From contig CM007989.1 in assembly GCA_002189035.1 (NCBI GenBank), positions 7,316,001 to 7,380,000 on the forward strand: DNA of 64,000 nt, in the 5' to 3' direction. The stretch is from Utricularia gibba (lineage: Eukaryota; Plantae; Magnoliophyta). Positions 48,405 to 60,508 of the stretch are shown here, piece after piece. The first letter of the stretch is position 1. The number at the start of each line of letters is the position of its first letter. The notes under the pieces were generated by a model. That model did no database searches. It was not told where the DNA came from and saw nothing but the letters and a program-made list of their open reading frames with translations. Both the position numbers and the translations under genes were made by a program.

Positions 48405-51400
48405 ATGGGGGTTCCAGTGATTTCGTATATGGTGGACAGAATTCAGGAAGGCTTTCTTCGGCTTCTAATCTGTCAGCCTCTGCGCCTCCTTTTACTGTTG
48501 GCAGATCGAGTGGGAAGTCTTTTTCGGACATTCGATTATCTATCCCGGATTCTTATTACGGCGTCGAACCCTTCAGTGAGGGATGGCAGTATCCACAGCC
48601 TTCGGCTCCTGTATGTGAACCAGTGATGGATTCCACTGGAATAGCTAGCCACATATCTTTGCCTCATGAATATCAATTTTCGGATTCTGCTTACGTTGAT
48701 ACTACTGCTGTCTGGTCTCATGTGATCCCTGCAGCTGATGCTTCAGGCATTGCACATGGCTATGGTAGGAATAAAGCACCTAGCTATTCTCCTTCTATTC
48801 CCATATTTTATGGAGATCATGATATGAAACCTGAGGGTGAAGCCTCCCGGACAACAAAGTTTCCTTATGCGCCAAGTCCTTTTGACTTGGGGCGTGGCCT
48901 TCAAGGGGTGGATGGACTTGGTTTTCATGTTGGAAAGCATGCTAAAATAGTGGAACCTGGTGGGGATTTCTCTTCAGTTAAGGAAAATGATTGTGGCTTG
49001 AGAGGTTACAGTAATCAGCTAAATCAAGGTAAGTAATTTTATTAACATGTTTTCTCTAGGAGCATGTTTACAACCTAGCATAGTGTTTGCCTGAATTTGT
49101 CGTATTGGAGGGGCTTCATAATGCTACGTGGATTGCTTTTAAGATGTGAGTGATTCGGAACATGTGGAAATATGTGCAAGAATTCAGATTTCAAACACTG
49201 CTTTTAAGCCTTAATTTTTTCTGTTGATATTGTTAGGTGCCCCTACAGTGTACAAGCTCAACGAAGATTGTTGGCAAAGTCCTGCCATTCAAAAACATAA
49301 ATACCAGCATACTGAAAGCTCCAACCTCTCATACCAGCAATCTGATGGTTTTTCTGGCGGAGAAGTGAGTAATACATCTTGCAGTATTCCTGGTGAAAAG
49401 CCAAAGGGTTTCCCCTACTATTTTACTACATCACGAACTCCTGATACCAGTTCAACCTATATCCACGTTGGATCTTCAAAGCCAGAGGGTTTCAGTGAAG
49501 ATTTTTCCTCTTGGAATGTAAATACATGTTTCGCAGATGCAAACAGTGTTCGGTCTCTTCTTAAGTCCCCTTCTGGTCCGGTATCTACTGTAAGACCCTC
49601 CCCTAGCGTGATCATCAGGCCACCGCCTGCTGTCTTGACTGAAAAAACAGCCAAAAGCACCCCCTGCTTTGCTGTGGATTCATATCAGTCAAATATATCT
49701 AAACAACAGGATTTGGGCGGAAAACCCAGTTCAGAAACCCAAACAGTGTCTTTTGGAACAAGTGGTTCCAATTTTTGGGGGAAGGGAGGTGGCTCCATTT
49801 CATCTGCTCCACGAGAAATTCCAGATCGATTTCTGCAAGCTGACATTTTGGGTTCGACTACAATATCAAAAGTTTGTTCTCAGGTTTCAGAATTAGATTC
49901 CGCAAATGGATCTTTGATTTTCTGTAACAAGTATGAAGCTGTAAAGTCATGCAAGGACTCATCAGACATTGCAAACAATCATAACCTAGAAGTGGATTCA
50001 CCCTGTTGGAAAGGAGCACCATCTTCACACATTTCATTTTTGAATTTTGATAACAGCAGTTGTAACTTGGTCAAAAAGGCTTTGCATGAATGTGATGCAC
50101 AGGAGTATGGGAAGCACCATGCCGTTGAGTACTCACTGGTGGAGCCTAGATGTATCACATTTGAAAAGACTCCGGAAAACATCAATGACAACAAAGATGA
50201 ATGCGCTGATGGTACTGGAATTGACAATCTCTATTTTAGGCGAGAGAAGCATCTTATGGAAGCTACTCAATCTAAAGTTGATATCTCAACTGTTGAGGGC
50301 AGTGCGCTTGAAACTAGCGACAAGCCTAATTTGGGAATTGATGGGATGAATGGTTTTGAGGTGAAAATACCTGAGCTAATGGATACTACTGAAGAAGAGG
50401 CTTCTGGGTTGGTGGTTAATGATGCCTGTGAAGGTGAATCTACCGCAGTTCATGTGGCTGAGGAAGCCCTTTCTTCTCCAGTTTCTGCAGCTGAACATAT
50501 TAAGCTCCCAGGTTCAAGGCTGGATGTGGCCACAATGATTAAGGCGCTTCATAATATCTCGGAACTGCTCCTGGTTCATTTTTTCAGTGAAGATGGCTGT
50601 ATGGAGGTTGAAAACATAGAGGATGTCAAGAAAGTAATATCAAACCTCAATTTATGTCTGAGCAAAGAACCTAGGGCAACTGACGAGCCTGAGCGAAGCA
50701 CTTTTGAGGGACATGTGCCAAGGGAGACCCTTGATTTGGTATTCCTCATTTTTTACTTTTCTTAGATTCTAATTTATGTTATTTCATAGTTAGGGGCCTA
50801 CAGCTTTTGAAACAGTTGGAAAAACTCCGATGTTGGTGGTGCAGCAGTTAAAAAAAAAAGTGTACCGAAAAAAAAGTACAATAAGCCCTTTCTTTTGCGT
50901 AATTGTTCTTTTTTCTCGCTAATTTATGATTGAATATTTACTTCCTCAGAATAAAGCTCCAGGGACCCCTATCGTGGTGGAGGAATCCAGAGATCTCCAA
51001 AATGAGCCTATTATTCATCACAGGCCTTCTGGCAGCAGGAACTGCGGTATGCATTGTGAAAGGGATAAGAAGTGTTCGTATATATCTGTTAAGGATACTG
51101 ATTCAGCACTAATTGCAGATGATGATGTAGCAAAGGTATAGAATTTGTCTCAAGTGCTGTTAAATGAAGGTTTGCCTGCTCTTCATTTTTAATTATTCCA
51201 GCGCCGTTCACCGTTGCTAACTTGCAGGGTATAAAGAAGGTCCTTGAGGAGAGTTTTGACTTCAATGAAGAAATGCAGCCGCAATCTTCTCTTTTCAAGA
51301 ACCTGTGGCTTGAGGCTGAAGCCAGGCTTTGTTCAATGAGTTTTAGAGCCAACTGCAATAGGATGAGGATTCAAATGGATGAAATGCAACTGAGCACATC

Positions 51401-52112
51401 ATCAGGTCTGTTTTCATTTCGCTCTTTGCAGGACTGATGTTTCCTTTTCAAATAGTATGATGATGGAAATCTATAAATGTCCCCAGAAATCGAGGACAGT
51501 GCAGGGGAGAAATTTAAAGATTCATCCAATCCCATCATCTCACCCGCTGAGCTTGAAACTCCGAAAGATGATGTTGGTCGGCTTGGGTCTAATACTCAGA
51601 ACATATCTATCGTAAGCACAAGTATGCCTGATGATGACATTGAGTCTTCCATTATGGCTCGTTTCAATATCCTGAAATCACGCAAGGAAACAGTCGGTAT
51701 GGAAGAGGAACAGAAGACTGAAGCAGTTGGTGACTGCCCTGCAGATTCTGTCATGCCCAGCCTCAGTCCTCTAAAATCACCTGGAGCCCGTGTAATTTCT
51801 ATCGGCAAGGAAAAAGGATTGGGATCAAACAGTTTTAATGGCAAATCCGATTATCAGAAGTATTTTGAACTTGGCTTTCAACCTGAAGATGAAACCATGA
51901 TACACAATGAGGAACAATGTAAATTCCATCTCCATGAGTATGCTGGATCCAGAGAGGGGAATGATTCCTATCCATATTTTGTAGGTCATCCCAAACGTCA
52001 GTCCTACAAGTGTGAAGACTTGGGATCCAGGAAAAACACCAGATTGGATGATTCTTTCTCGTTGGACTGGGAGCATGTCCCCAAGGATGAGTGTCTGTGG
52101 AGGAACTATTGA
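48405..52112 (+). CDS. Uncharacterised plant protein (At3g49490-like); start uncertain; exons approx to 49028, 49237-50738, 50950-51135, 51228-51405, 51487-52112
   Basis: Conserved blocks SNLSA.APPFTV.R, DSPCWKGAP, LHNISELLL, LFKNLWLEAEA.LCS, SIMARFNILKSR, DWEHV; intron phases consistent; no in-frame ATG precedes the first block (see findings). Confidence 0.75.
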
Positions 52113-53213
52113 CGTCAAACCCATGTCTTCCGGGAAAATCATCATCTCTCCTCCAGTTGCTGCTTCTGCTGCACAGTTAGGAAAAGCACTGAGAACGCGA
52201 TGCTACTATTGGAGCCTATGAATATTCATCCCTACTTTACCCCTATGAATATTTACCCCCCCAGTACTCGTTTGAAACACAGACTTGCCATGGTGTGTTT
52301 TTAGCTTGTTCACATCTTGTGAAAATACTCTCTTCTATCTGGCCATTCGTTTCTCCACTTCACCCCTTCTGGAAAAAAACTTAGTAGCTCTACAGCAAGA
52401 GTATTGTTTGGAAAAGCTAATAACTCTATAAGAGCTAAATATGCATTCACCTAATTCCCAAGATTTTCAGGTGCAGGGGACATGATCTGCCTGATGCAGG
52501 TAAAGATTGTGTTTGAAAACATGCATGCTTTGTTCTGCCTCCCGGGTCCTTACTTGGTTAATGCCTTTCCACATGGCATTTGGATAAAAGAGTGAAGTTA
52601 GTGCTTCCTAGCAAGTTTCTCCAAGTCAGGTTGCTATGCGCGACCATCTGGTTACTGTCTAATAATGCACGTAAAGCTGCAGTAGGGGGCAGCCCATGCT
52701 CTTTTCGCAAGGCGCGGGATTCTTCTTCAGTCGCCATCTAAAATAATGCTGTGAAGCTATCAATCTAACCACTGGTTTTTGTATTCTTGTGTGCCCCCAA
52801 GGCCAGTATGAAGTTGACTGCCCATCCATGTCTTTCCTCCGAATCAATCCACTCTGTGGTTTACAGCCTGTGTGTTTCTTTTCATGTTGCTGTTATCTCT
52901 GTTGCAAGTACCCATGCCCATGCCAACGTTGAAATCTACATCAGGCTTGAGTTTATTACTGTCTGCATGTTTTGTTTTTCTTGCATAATCATACTTATAT
53001 TCCAACTGTTTACTTTTTTAGTAGGAATAGTATGAATACGCGTTCTATGGTTGCATAACCCATGTTACTCAATTACAACAAGATGTCTGGAGAACATGCA
53101 TATGGTTGGTTAGGTATCTGTCCGTGTCACCCTTCTTGATGATAAAAAAAGGTTTAGAGCTAATGTGCTTTTAAGTGTATATGGGCTGTGCTCTGTTTTC
53201 TTCCATCTGCAGA

Positions 53214-54464
53214 ATGAGATCAAAGCTTTCACTTTGGATTTCAGTGATTTCCGTCGCTTTCGTGTGCTCGGATGCTCAGCTCTCTGTTGGGTTTTATGAA
53301 AGTTCATGTCCTCCAGCCGAAGCCATCGTCAAAGAAGAAGTCAGGGATGCTTACTTCAGGAACCCCGGATTTGCTGCTGCACTGGTCAGGCTGCATTTCC
53401 ACGACTGCTTCGTCAGGGTACACTCTTAACACAGGCTCATGTAAATGTAACCCAGAGCGCGGCTCTAGAATCACAAGGCTCTCCTATGGTTGCAGGGGTG
53501 TGATGGCTCCCTGCTGATCGACTCAACACAGACGAACAAAGCGGAGAAAGACGCAGCGCCGAATGCGCAGGTCCTTCCTGTGTATGAAGTCATCGACAAT
53601 GCAAAAGCAAGGATTGAAGACATTTGCAGAGGCGTGGTTTCTTGTGCTGATATCGTAGCTTTTGCTGCAAGGGATAGCATCGAAATCGTAAGATATTAGC
53701 AAATATAACTTAGCCAAGGTTTCTTAATGCTGCTGCATTTCATGTGGGGACTTCCTTCTTTTGTGCCTAGACCGGAGGCCAGTCATATGATGTTCCCGCC
53801 GGACGAAGAGACGGGAGGGTGTCCTTAGCATCAGAACCGGCACGGAACCTGCCTTCTCCGGCTTTCAACCTGAATCAACTCACTCAGGCTTTTGCAAATA
53901 AGGGACTAACACAAGAAGAGATGGTTACACTTTCCGGTAAAAAAATAATAATCCATTTTTTATCTTTGAAATTAGCTATTTCATTAGTATGTAGAAGTTC
54001 CAGAGCATGCAAAAAGATGCATACCTTCTTATGAATTGAAATATTTGAGTGCAGGAGCTCACACACTGGGCAGATCGCACTGCACATCCTTCACCAACAG
54101 GCTGTACTCCTTCAGCACAACCGAAAGGCAGGACCCTTCTCTGGATCCACTGTATGCAGAGCAACTGAAGCAGCAGTGCCCACAGAACGCAAATGCCAAC
54201 CTCTTGGTGCCGATGGACCCTTTCACACCGGAGGTGACAGATGTTGCCTACTACAAGCAAGTCCTTGACAACCGGGGCCTGTTTACATCAGACCAGGCCT
54301 TGCTGACAAGCTCGTATACGAGGGATCAGGTCATTGAAAATGCTCAAGACCCGTTTCTTTGGAGTTCTAAGTTCGCTGAAGCAATGGTGAGAATGGGCAG
54401 CATTGGAGTGCTGACAGGTGCTGCTGGTGAGATCAGAGAAAACTGCAGAGTCGTCAACGTATGA
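53214..54464 (+). CDS. Class III secretory peroxidase (peroxidase 5-like); exons 53214-53417, 53496-53687, 53771-53936, 54054-54464
   Basis: Signal peptide, QLSVGFY..SCP, distal [34 protein letters not shown], proximal [27 protein letters not shown]; classic three-intron layout. Confidence 0.95.
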
Positions 54465-54595
54465 GGAAGCAGAATGCGGCAACATCTGTCAAGGCAAGGC
54501 AAGTGATTCAGATAGCAACAGGGTTGCATCTGGAATGTTAGATTCGTACAAGTCTTGCACATAAGAAACAATTTAACTTCAAAATTGAATCCTAA

Positions 54596-54820
54596 GTCCG
54601 TGTTTGATAGTTATACCGATATATATTATGTCAGTATAAATTTATCCATGATATTAGAATAAATTTAAAAAAAGATGTTATATGGAATAAATGTATATTT
54701 GTAGTAAGATAAATAAATATATCAAAAAAAAATTATACCAATTATCAAACACGCATTATATATCCCAATACCAAGTATATCTCTGCATATACTTGCTTAT
54801 ACCAATTACCAAACACAACT
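54596..54820. mobile_element. Possible degenerate Tourist/PIF-Harbinger-like MITE
   Basis: Left TAA|gtccGTGTTTGAtag and right ccAAACACaact|TAA form imperfect inverted ends with TAA flanks; AT-rich interior containing a second ataccaatta(t/c)caaacac copy at about 54735. Confidence 0.4.
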
Positions 54821-54949
54821 TAAAATCATCTCCCAGTATACCTTTCAATCATGTCAGGCTAATGGTAATAACACACAAACACACACACACGTGTAATCTG
54901 AAGGAGAAATCTGACAGCATAAAGTAAGCATGATGAGTTCAGGGAGAGT

Positions 54950-55275
54950 TTAGTTGGTGAGCTACAGGATGGTAACGACAATGCCTCCATTGTAAGACTT
55001 GAGAGCCTTAGCAGCCATGGCCATGGAGAGCCTCATCGAGCCCATCTCAGAGGCCTGCAGCTGGGAGCTTAAATCCTCAACCTTGGCCTCCCCTCATCAT
55101 CATGCTCCTCATTCCCCTCTCAAAAACTTCCCCCTAAACCCACTGTAAAGAAAAAAAAAAAAAACCAGTAAATCATCATATCGAAAGCAGACAAAAAAAA
55201 AGAACCTCCGGAGCATTCATGATTCACCTGAGGGTTATTCTCAGCCAGATTCTTCTTAATAACCGCACCCCGCAT
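54950..55275 (-). pseudogene. Nascent polypeptide-associated complex alpha (NAC-alpha) pseudogene with internal deletions
   Basis: GEAKVEDLSSQLQ (55055-55093) matches NAC-alpha GEAKIEDLSSQ; it is fused to AAKALKSYNGGIVVTIL*LTN*, matching the UBA end AVKALK..GDIV.AIMELT; acidic EEHDDE upstream; GT-AG intron-like segment 55143-55227. Confidence 0.72.
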
Positions 55276-55767
55276 CGTGAAAACTTCAAAAGAAGGTAGA
55301 AGATCACTTCCCGTATCGTCGTTACTTCTAGGGCTCCGGTTAATATTTCGGCCCGTGGAGCCAGGACGTTCTTCTCCTAGCTCGAATGTTGTTTACACAT
55401 CTATATGCTCTATTTATTAAAAACATATTACGATTAGCGAAACGTCTCATTTGAGTTCTGACTGGAAATCAAGATGGACCATATCGAAATAAAAATGGAG
55501 ACGAATGCTATAAAACGTTAAGTAAGAGTAGCACCCAACCAACAGGGAAGCATAACATGGTGAGCAAAAAGGTTATCCAGACCCTCGGACAACATTGGCA
55601 CCTTTATGTTCCTTGGTTTCATAGTAGAATGCGGTCGTTGATGGTGGAACCTCTTGGAGGGTCTGAAAGAGAACACAGCAAGAGGGATAGAAGAGAGGGC
55701 TGGCTCTTGGAAAAAACATATCAAAGAGCACATAAGATTGAATAAAGTGTAGTGTAGCTATTTCCCA

Positions 55768-56682
55768 TCACTTCACAACCATATGAATGCTATCCATTGC
55801 AAAAATTTGACTGTCAGTAGCTAACGTGTCTGGATGGAGCAGGGTACCTCGTTTTTTCATCCGATTCCATGCTTCATTATCGAATGCATCGCAGTGGAAT
55901 GCACTCTCCCATTCCAAGCATGGGGCCAATGTATCGCATACATAACAATAGCACTGCAACCAAGATTACCAGTTACAAGAAAGGACAATGGTTGTTCACT
56001 AAAGTTGAAACGTTGGTGGATACCATTTCACAGTGCGTTTTATGAGGGGTTCTAGCAAATGAGAATTTCGCACATGCATTCCTCGGATGAGGATAGTCCC
56101 TGCAAGCCACCTACAATGGAATCGATACTGCTTACTAAGGCATAATAAACACCCAAAAACATATGAATCACAAAGGGGAGACGGTAGTGTACTCCAGTCG
56201 ACTTAGAAAGAGATGATCCTCATTCTTCCCCTCCCCCGACAAATTGCAATTGCAAGACATACTAACCAACATGACTTTAAATTTAAGTTAAAAAATGAAA
56301 TCTTTAGAGCACAGACAGAGGATCAACGAAGTAGAGCATGAAATGAACACAAAAATATAACTTCGTTTTTCACCTTCCCACTTTGAGAAATCACTTGAAT
56401 ATCGGGATCCACTGCATCAGAGTCGTCAGTAGAGCAACAGTTAATCGTGCTCACCAGTTCATATGCATATGGATCAAACCCAAGAATGAAACAGTCTTCC
56501 TTCTTATCATATTCATCGATCATGCTCCTGTCCTTGAGGCAGGTAATCGGACTCCTAATGCGATCGGAATCACGGAAATCGTCGGAATCACTAACTGCAA
56601 TAATAGCGTTTTCATCCATTGACAAACCCTTCTTATCCACACCCTCCTTTACAATTCGTCTGCGTTTCGTCTTACGCTTCAT
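55768..56682 (-). CDS. RPM1-interacting protein 13-like Cys/His-rich protein; at least 3 exons, 3' end uncertain
   Basis: EDCFILGFDP, GK|VACRDYPHPR..C.KFSF..TPH..HCEM|CYCYVCD..APC..W...HCDA...W. Confidence 0.78.
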
Positions 56683-57015
56683 TATTTATCACGACGTCTC
56701 CCCTCTCAACCCTAAGCCGAGGAGTCGCATGCCTCGAGGTGCTGAAGAAGCTCAAGGGATTTCAAATCTGGGATTCGCGAGGCAAAATGTGTCTGAAGAA
56801 ACGACGACGTTTCCGGTCCCTTCTCATGAGCCTCGCCTCTTTCTACGGCCCAGCCTAAATATCTAGGCCATCTTAGGTGGGCCAATGGGACCGGCCCATA
56901 CAGTTCTTCACGTTCACCTAACATTCAAGTATTCAACGCCGTTCGGCACAGATGGTCTGATTAGTGAATTCGTCTTCTCTGAATCTTCAATCTTGAGACT
57001 TTCCTGCTTGATTCA

Positions 57016-58023
57016 ATGGAGAATTCCGCCTCGCCTGAATCCCAGGATCGCCCTGAAAACGTTGTGGTGGCTTACGATGCCGCCTACCCCATCTACGCCA
57101 TGGCCATCTCGGCGGCCGACCGCGGCCGCATCGCTGTCGGAAGCTTCATTGAGGAACACAGCAACCGGGTCGATTTTCTCTCCTTTTCCGAGGATTATTC
57201 CTCGCTGAAACCCATTCCCTCTCTGTTCTTCGATCACCCTTACCCACCCACGAAATTGATGTTTCATCCATCATCTTCTCCGCCTTCCAACCTCATTGCC
57301 TCCTCCGGCGACTTCCTCCGCCTCTGGGAAATCAACGATTCCTCGATTGAACCCGTTTCCACCCTGAACAACGTCAAGGGGAGTGAATACTCCGCACCCC
57401 TCACTTCCTTCGACTGGAACGAAGCTGAGCCGCGTCGGATTGGGACCTCAAGCATCGATACAACTTGCACGATTTGGGATCTTGAAAAGGGTGTCGTGGA
57501 AACCCAATTGATCGCTCATGATAAGGAAGTCTACGATATCGCTTGGGGTGAAGCGGGTGTGTTCGCTTCGGTATCAGCTGATGCTTCCGTCAGAATGTTC
57601 GATTTGAGAGACAAGGAGCATTCCACCATCATCTACGAAAGCCCCAATCCAGACACACCCCTGCTGAGATTAGCTTGGAACAAGCAGGATCTAAGATACA
57701 TGGCCACAATCCTAATGGACAGCAACAAGGTTGTCATCCTGGACATCAGGTCTCCAGCCATGCCGGTTGCCGAATTGGAGCGACATCACGCCGGCGTGAA
57801 CGCAGTCAGCTGGGCGCCGCAGAGCTGCCGACATCTCTGCTCCGGCGGTGACGACGGTCTAGCTCTGCTCTGGGAGCTGCCCACCATTGCTGGCCCCAAT
57901 GGGATTGATCCATTGTCCATGTACTCTGCTGGCTCTGAGATCAATCAGCTGCAGTGGTCTGCCGCTCAGCCTGATTGGATCGCCATAGCTTTCGGGAACA
58001 AGATTCAAATGCTCAAGGTATGA
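57016..58023 (+). CDS. TTG1: WD40-repeat protein TRANSPARENT TESTA GLABRA1/AN11, intronless CDS, 335 aa
   Basis: [107 protein letters not shown]; ends MLKV. Confidence 0.93.
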   Translation: MENSASPESQDRPENVVVAYDAAYPIYAMAISAADRGRIAVGSFIEEHSNRVDFLSFSEDYSSLKPIPSLFFDHPYPPTKLMFHPSSSPPSNLIASSGDFLRLWEINDSSIEPVSTLNNVKGSEYSAPLTSFDWNEAEPRRIGTSSIDTTCTIWDLEKGVVETQLIAHDKEVYDIAWGEAGVFASVSADASVRMFDLRDKEHSTIIYESPNPDTPLLRLAWNKQDLRYMATILMDSNKVVILDIRSPAMPVAELERHHAGVNAVSWAPQSCRHLCSGGDDGLALLWELPTIAGPNGIDPLSMYSAGSEINQLQWSAAQPDWIAIAFGNKIQMLKV

Positions 58024-59608
58024 GGATGATCGTGGCTGCTCCTGGTGATTCCTTCTGTCATCGATCATTTCCATATGTTTCCCCTGTTTGGAGATGAGTA
58101 GAAGATGATCCTAAGCTAAGTATCTGCGTGCATTCGGACGCCATGGATGATGTGCACTGTGACTCCATCACAGGCCATGTGCTAATGTAATTGAAGCAAC
58201 CATATTCTAGAATCTCCTTATCGGCATCAGTTCCAAGTCTGACTGTTGGATGATTAGTTTGGTTGATGATAGTATCTTTAATATAATTGAATTTAAATAA
58301 AGATAATATACAAAAATTCGTAGATAATATTTAATTAATAAAACATATGGTTAAATATATATATATATATTAATTCTAAGTTTATTTAAATATAAATAAG
58401 ATATAATTTATATATACCTAAATTCAATTAATTTTATCAATGTTATTTCAAATTAATATATCAACGGATAAATTAAAAATTTGATCATGTAAGATATTAT
58501 GTGAGAAAATTGATGATCTATAATATAAATTTTTTAACTTAATATTATGAAAGAATGTACGAATGACCATTTTTCTAAATGATTATATCTAACCGCCTAT
58601 CTACCTAATTTTCTTGTGGAAGCAAGTAGAGCACTTGAGTGACAATATAAGGATTTGGGATTGGTTATTTAGTAAAATTGACACTATCAATTTATCTTAC
58701 ATACATTAAAATAAAAATATTACACATTGAATGTTCATTTTTCTGAAATAATTTTTAATGAATGACTACTTTCTAATACTATATTCTTCTTATTTATATA
58801 AGTTCTATGCTTAAGGTAAACACTTTGAAAATAGTGATGGAATCTAACAATCACTATCTTTTTTAAGTTTAAAGCGTTACCACTCTATTTTGTCCTAAAT
58901 AATATTCTAATCGACTTGTGTCATTTCACATTTGATGGTAAATGTATTTTATGGCATATAGAATTTAAAAAAGGGAGCAGATGAGTAGGTGCATTATAAA
59001 AGTGAATATTGTATTTTGAGGAGTTCATTTGGAAAATACCTATTGTAATTTAACTATATGATAAAAATATCCATCTTGTATTGAAAAAAATAACCTTAGT
59101 ATATAAGAAAGATTGATACAGTGAGTACTTTAATAAAAGACCCATATTTTGAGTGTGTGAGAAAAATAATTATTATATATATATAATTTTGATCATAGTT
59201 TGTGACATAAAGTTCCAATGTACACTTTTGTAAATATCTAGGAGATGAGCATCATAGGTTTATGCACATGGTTTTGGGCACACGAATTTGTGATCTGGTT
59301 GAGTGTTCCAAATTGTATTCGAATTCTGAGTGTAGTTGAAGATTGTGGATAATGGGTGTACCTTAAAATATTTTTTTAAGAAAAAGGAAAAATGAAACTG
59401 AGTTTTAATTTTATTTCAATTTTGCCCCATTTTCCTCCAAACCTTACCCTAATTGTATTTCCGTTTGGCCCCTGAAATCTCAAACGTCTGATCCTGAATG
59501 CGCCGTTGATTTCCACCTCAATATCTAGATTTCACCAAAACTCGGACCATCATCATCTGATGCTCTCGCCTGCGCAGCCACGCATCGGCACAGCCGCTAC
59601 CAGTTGAT

Positions 59609-60508
59609 ATGCCGCCGCCGCCGCCGCCGCACCAGCCTTCAAGCAACGCCCATCTCCTCAAAACTCCGGGATCTCTGCCTGACGCTATCTTCACGGCCTT
59701 ATCGCTATTCGTTCTATTCTCAACTTCCCCTAAACCCGCCTCCCTTTTTTTCCTCCCCAACAACATCAAGTTCTCTCTGCCCCTAAACCTTCGGAAGTTC
59801 CCTAAAATGTCTCTTCCGTTAAACAGAAGCATCGACCCTAGAAACTCCGAGCGTCTCGCCCCTGCCTTCGCCACCCCGCAGTCGCTATCCGATTGGCTGA
59901 AGCCTCGGATGTGCGCCGATTTGTTTGGTACTTGGGGTGTGAGACCGGGGACGAAAAATGTTCACAATCTTTGGTTAGAGATTGCCGAGGGAGAAACCCT
60001 TTTGGCGGATTCCACTCCTCCGATTCGTAACCTTGAAGTTGTCATCGTTAGAATCATACGAAACGATGGAAAGGTTCTTATAGAATCTCACCAGGAGCTC
60101 TCCGATGGTGCGATCAGAAAACGATGTCGCCCATTATCTGAGAAAATGAAGCCCGGTGAATCAGTTGAGGCTGCTGTGATTCGGGCTTTGAGGGAAGAGT
60201 TAGGAGCTTTGGTCAAAATTGAGGATTCCAAAACTGGGTCTGATCACCATTGCAGAGACATGTCTGGGGTTCATGGAAACATCAGAATTTTGCCAGGATC
60301 ATACGTGAAGAGGGTGGAAGAAAGGGTGTCATCATCATACCCAGGTCTGCCTGCTTGTTATGTTCTTCATATCGTTGATACTGAAATAGAAGGCTTGCCT
60401 AGCTCGGATTTTTGCACTGAAGAAACCGAAGATTATGGGAATTTGGATGAGGCAAACGCTGCAGTTTCTTGTAAAAAGCATTACTGGAGGTGGGTTGATT
60501 CCGATTAA
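59609..60508 (+). CDS. Uncharacterised Nudix-like protein with probable organellar transit peptide, intronless, 299 aa
   Basis: LSDWLKPR..WGV.PGTKNVHNLWLEIAEGET.LADSTPP.R..ESHQELSDG..R.R.RPLSEKMKPGES.E.A..RA..EELG..SYPGLP..Y..H; degenerate Nudix box. Confidence 0.8.
   Translation: MPPPPPPHQPSSNAHLLKTPGSLPDAIFTALSLFVLFSTSPKPASLFFLPNNIKFSLPLNLRKFPKMSLPLNRSIDPRNSERLAPAFATPQSLSDWLKPRMCADLFGTWGVRPGTKNVHNLWLEIAEGETLLADSTPPIRNLEVVIVRIIRNDGKVLIESHQELSDGAIRKRCRPLSEKMKPGESVEAAVIRALREELGALVKIEDSKTGSDHHCRDMSGVHGNIRILPGSYVKRVEERVSSSYPGLPACYVLHIVDTEIEGLPSSDFCTEETEDYGNLDEANAAVSCKKHYWRWVDSD

Noticed and set aside
52659-53035. Small ORFs between the At3g49490-like and peroxidase genes
   Set aside because: No homology signal or splice pattern that I can support.
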